Source: Octopus vulgaris
Taxonomy: Eukaryota
Direction of reading: 5' to 3'
DNA length: 64,000 nt
Assembly (NCBI GenBank): GCA_951406725.2
Contig: OX597823.1
Location: 115,754,001 to 115,818,000, forward strand
Shown: one piece after another, positions 60,177 through 64,000 of the stretch
Layout of the letters: every line of letters starts with the position of its first letter
Numbering within the stretch: the stretch's first letter is position 1
The notes under the pieces: generated by a model
Seen by the model: the letters and a program-made list of their open reading frames with translations, nothing else
What the model was told of the DNA's origin: nothing
The model's database searches: none
Program-made: the position numbers and the translations under genes

Positions 60177-61509
60177 GATATAAATATATAAAACCACAGG
60201 TTTCTGTTTCCAAGTCATTTCGCTTGATTCTCTCAGTGAGACTTACACATCAAGGAAATTGCTCCCATTAGTCATATATAAACATTATGATCAATCAACA
60301 AAATAAGAATACCATTTAAGCATTCCATCCCTTATTGACAAAGGTATTTCCACAGCAGAATGGTAAACCAAACTCTGGGATAGACAACAGCTCCATTTCT
60401 CAAGTTTGTTGTCAACTCAAAACTGAAAATTGTTTTACAAGTGATAATTAAATACAACAATAACAAAAGTGATCTCATCTCTCAGCTGTGAGGAGGAGAT
60501 CTTTCAAGTCAAAAACAGTCAAATTTACATATAAAAACAAATTTTGAGATCTAATATGAGAGAAACATCAACAGAAGGTAAACTGTTTACAAAAAATAAA
60601 TGAGTTTTAAAAAACAAACACTTTTATCTGTCTGAAATCTTTGTCATCCTATGTCATAGTTTTTGCTTATGTTTATCATCATAGCTGTGAAATAAAAGCT
60701 GATGTGTTGCAGTGAAGAGTTTGTACTTTTTAAACATTCTATAATGTTTAGTTATCAGTAAGTTTGTTGTTATTTACACACACCAATGTTTACTTTTACC
60801 CCCATTGTTTTCATCATCATCATCATCGTTTAACGTCCGCTTTCCATGCATTGTAGAGTGGTGTATGATGAGGTGTAGAGTAATTGTGATGTGTAGTGTA
60901 TGTTGCACCACGACAACACACTGCTACACCATACTAAACTGCAATCCACTTCACTCTATGACACCACGCTACAGCACACTATACTCTGCAACATACACTA
61001 CACATCACAATTACTCTGCACCTTATCATACACCACTCTACAACACACTAGACCACATAATACCACATTGCAACACACCACACTTCAGTATATACTACAT
61101 CACATACCACAGCATTATCCACGTCAAATTTATATCACACCACCACATCACACCCAAACATGCTACTTTCACATCACACACCGCAACACATCACAGTCTG
61201 ACTAAAGGAACTTTTATTCCAAATTTCCGTCCATAAACTCATTATCTTTCTAGCAAGACCGTCTCTCTTATGATTGTGTGTGTTAAAATTATGTTATCAA
61301 CCTATTCTTTAAGTTGGAATCATGTCTGTTAAGACTGTACATGTTAAGTTAAACACATACACGTTGCGATTACATCCATTACCATCGTTTATGTTAAGTT
61401 AAAGCTGACTGCATCAAGTCTGTGCATATTAGGACTATGCTGAGTTCTAATCTTAGAAAACTGTTTTACCATAAAGAGAGGACAGCTGCATCTTTCTTAA
61501 GCCTGCTTT

Positions 61510-61692
61510 GTGTTATTTCGTCCGCTGCTGCATTCTGAGTTCAAATTCCGCCGCGGTCGACTTTGCCTTTCGTCCTTTCGGGTTCGATAAATTAAGTACC
61601 AGTTACACACTGAGGTCTATGTAATCGACTTAATCTGTTTGTCTGCTCTTGTTTGTCCCCTATATGTTCAGCCCCTTGTGAGCAATAAAAAA
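61510..61692 (+). mobile_element. SINE family B body unit lacking the head
   Basis: Starts at tatttcgtccgctg. Confidence 0.82.
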
Positions 61693-62785
61693 AAAATTTC
61701 CAGAATAGTCTACCATATGTATGTAAAGACCACCATACTCTCAACATAGTAACTTATATCCAAATATATAGTCCACCATATGTATGTAGTTCACCATACA
61801 TTTTCGCTATACTCCATTGCCCTCGTCAATATACATTAATATACAATATCAATTTTCTACCCTACATCCACATCTTACAAACACTGTACCTCACCTCACC
61901 CCATACAGTTTCGACCATACCACCATTTCATTAGATATTCTGGACACTATCTACCAGCACTTCAACACCATTATTATAACCAATAATTCAATGGACTCTA
62001 TCACTTCAATCAAGTTTTCTTCTCATCTACCAAGAATAGAATTCCTGCTTTTATGTTTCATATCTTAACAGATAATTATTGACCCTTTCATAATTCTATA
62101 CTAACCTGATTTTTATTCTTGCTGATATTTTTCTCTTTCCATTTCTGACTAATTTCAAACAAAATGCCGCAATAGAAATGTGCTTTCTATAGAACTGATA
62201 AAATATTTCCAGTTCTTTTAAGTTCTTTTTGTTTTTCCTCGCTGGTGTTTTCATTTTCTTATTCAATTCACAATGTATTTCCCTTCTGCCATGATGAAAC
62301 TCATAAACCAGAGCCGGCTTAACTGATACAGAAAGTTGACATTGATTTTGTTTTGCCACATATCAAAACCAGCAGAGACCATAAACAATATGCTGATTTT
62401 GAAAGATAGCAGAGTTCTTGTGTAGAGCTATAACTTTCATATTTATTTCAGTGTGCAGTGTGGTGACATTTATGCCTTTAGGTTACGTAACTGTGTGCAT
62501 TTGTGACCGAGGCAAAGATTTGTATATGAAGATGAAGATGAATTATGTTCATTGGTTGAGGAGTAAAATCAGAGTACCAGTTTTAAGAATTGAATGTATC
62601 ATTAGTCTGCTTGACAATAGATGTCACTTTGCTCCGCTTTGTGGTTGACTGTAGGAAAGCTGTCAGCTGCAAATATCAGCAAACTTAGAAGTAAAGATGC
62701 ATGTGTTTAACTACCTCATCATGCTCGTTGTGTACTGGGAACAGAACAGAATAGCTGTCTTCTGATAAAAATATAAAGCAACTAA

Positions 62786-63235
62786 AGGCAGCAAGTTGGC
62801 AGAAACGTTAGCATGCAGGGCGAAATGCCTAGAAGTATTTTGCGTGTCTTTACATTCTGAGTTCATATTCCACTATGGTTGACTTTGCTTTTCATCCTTT
62901 TGGAGTCGATAAATTAAATACCAGTTGTGCACTGGGGTCGATGTAATCGACTTAATCCCTTTGTATGTCCTTGTTTGTCCCCTCTATGTTTAGCCCCCTG
63001 TGGGCAATAAAGAAATAAGAAATGTTAGCACACTGAGCGGAATGCTTAGCAGTCCTTCGTCTGCCATTACGTTCTGAGTTCAAATTCCACTGAGGTCGAT
63101 TTGCCTTTCATCCTTTCAGGGTAGCTAAATTAAGTATCAGTTGCGCACTGGGGTCGATGTAATTGACTTAATCCCTTTGTCTGTTCTTGTTTGTCCCTTC
63201 TATGTTTAGCCCCTTGTGGGCAATAAAGAAATAAA
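62786..63235 (+). mobile_element. SINE family B dimer with an alternative junction
   Basis: The second unit restarts at agaaatgttagc (~63018). Confidence 0.88.
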
Positions 63236-63580
63236 AAATATAAAGCAACTTTGTTTCAGTATTTCTACAATTAATATATTCTAATTATGTAATTTTCGTT
63301 TCAAATTTTGTGACAAGGCCAGCAATTTGGGACGTGAAAGAAGTCAATAAAGCTGACCCCAGTGTTCAACAGGTACTTGTTTTATTGACCCCAAAAGGAG
63401 GAAAAGCAGTCAACCCTGGCAGCATTTGAACTCAGAAATGCCTCTAAGCATTTTCTCTGGCACAATAACCATTCTGCCAGCTCGATGCCTTTTTCTAATT
63501 ATGTAATATTAATAATTAGCAATATAGAGGATGGCATTTAGTTATCAAATTCTCCTCAACAATTTCATACAATTTATCCA

Positions 63581-63755
63581 GGGGCAGGAGTGGCTGTGTG
63601 GTTAGAAGCTTGCTTACCAACCACATCGTTCTGGGTTCAGTCCCACTGTGTGGCACCTTGGGCATGTGTCTTCTATTATACCCTCAGGCCGACCAAAGCC
63701 TTGTGAGTGGATTTGATAGACGGAAACTGAAAGAAGCCCGTTGTATATATGTATG

Positions 63756-63790
<35 letters not shown>

Positions 63791-64000
63791 ATGTTTGTGT
63801 ATCTGTGTTTGTCCCCCCCCAACATCGCTTGACAACCAATGCTGGTGTGCTTACGTCACCATAACTTAGTGGTTTGGCAAAAAGAGACCAGAATAAGTAC
63901 TAGGCTTGCAAAGAATAAGTCCTGGAGTCGATTTTCTTGACTAAAGGCCGTGCTCCAGCATGGCCGCAGTCAAATGACTGAAACAAGTAAGAGAGTAAAG
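63581..64000 (+). mobile_element. SINE family A
   Basis: Full-length copy ending at the window edge. Confidence 0.9.

Overview
AT-rich, repeat-dense eukaryotic genomic DNA. The SINE, RTE and microsatellite content points to a coleoid cephalopod, most likely Octopus (inference). The only host-gene sequence I can identify is one 95-nt internal coding exon (21610-21704, +) of AGBL4/CCP6, so the window appears to be two very large introns. They are filled with several tRNA-derived SINE families, fragments of RTE, R4/Dong, CR1/Jockey-like and possible L1/Tx1 LINEs, mariner, hAT-Charlie and piggyBac-type MITEs, Helentron-like elements and a degenerate Penelope-like element. Nearly all ORFs in the supplied track are repeat or microsatellite artefacts. 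The most notable pattern is at least six unrelated families of short, asymmetric fold-back elements, mostly inside (TA)n/(TAA)n tracts, whose arms carry minimal hammerhead-ribozyme motifs, several on both strands. They share the architecture of the Penelope remnant at 18.5-20.6 kb. Also notable are SINE multimers with a fixed self-complementary junction and two locally templated insertions. All boundaries were read by eye and are approximate unless a TSD, TIR or splice site is quoted.
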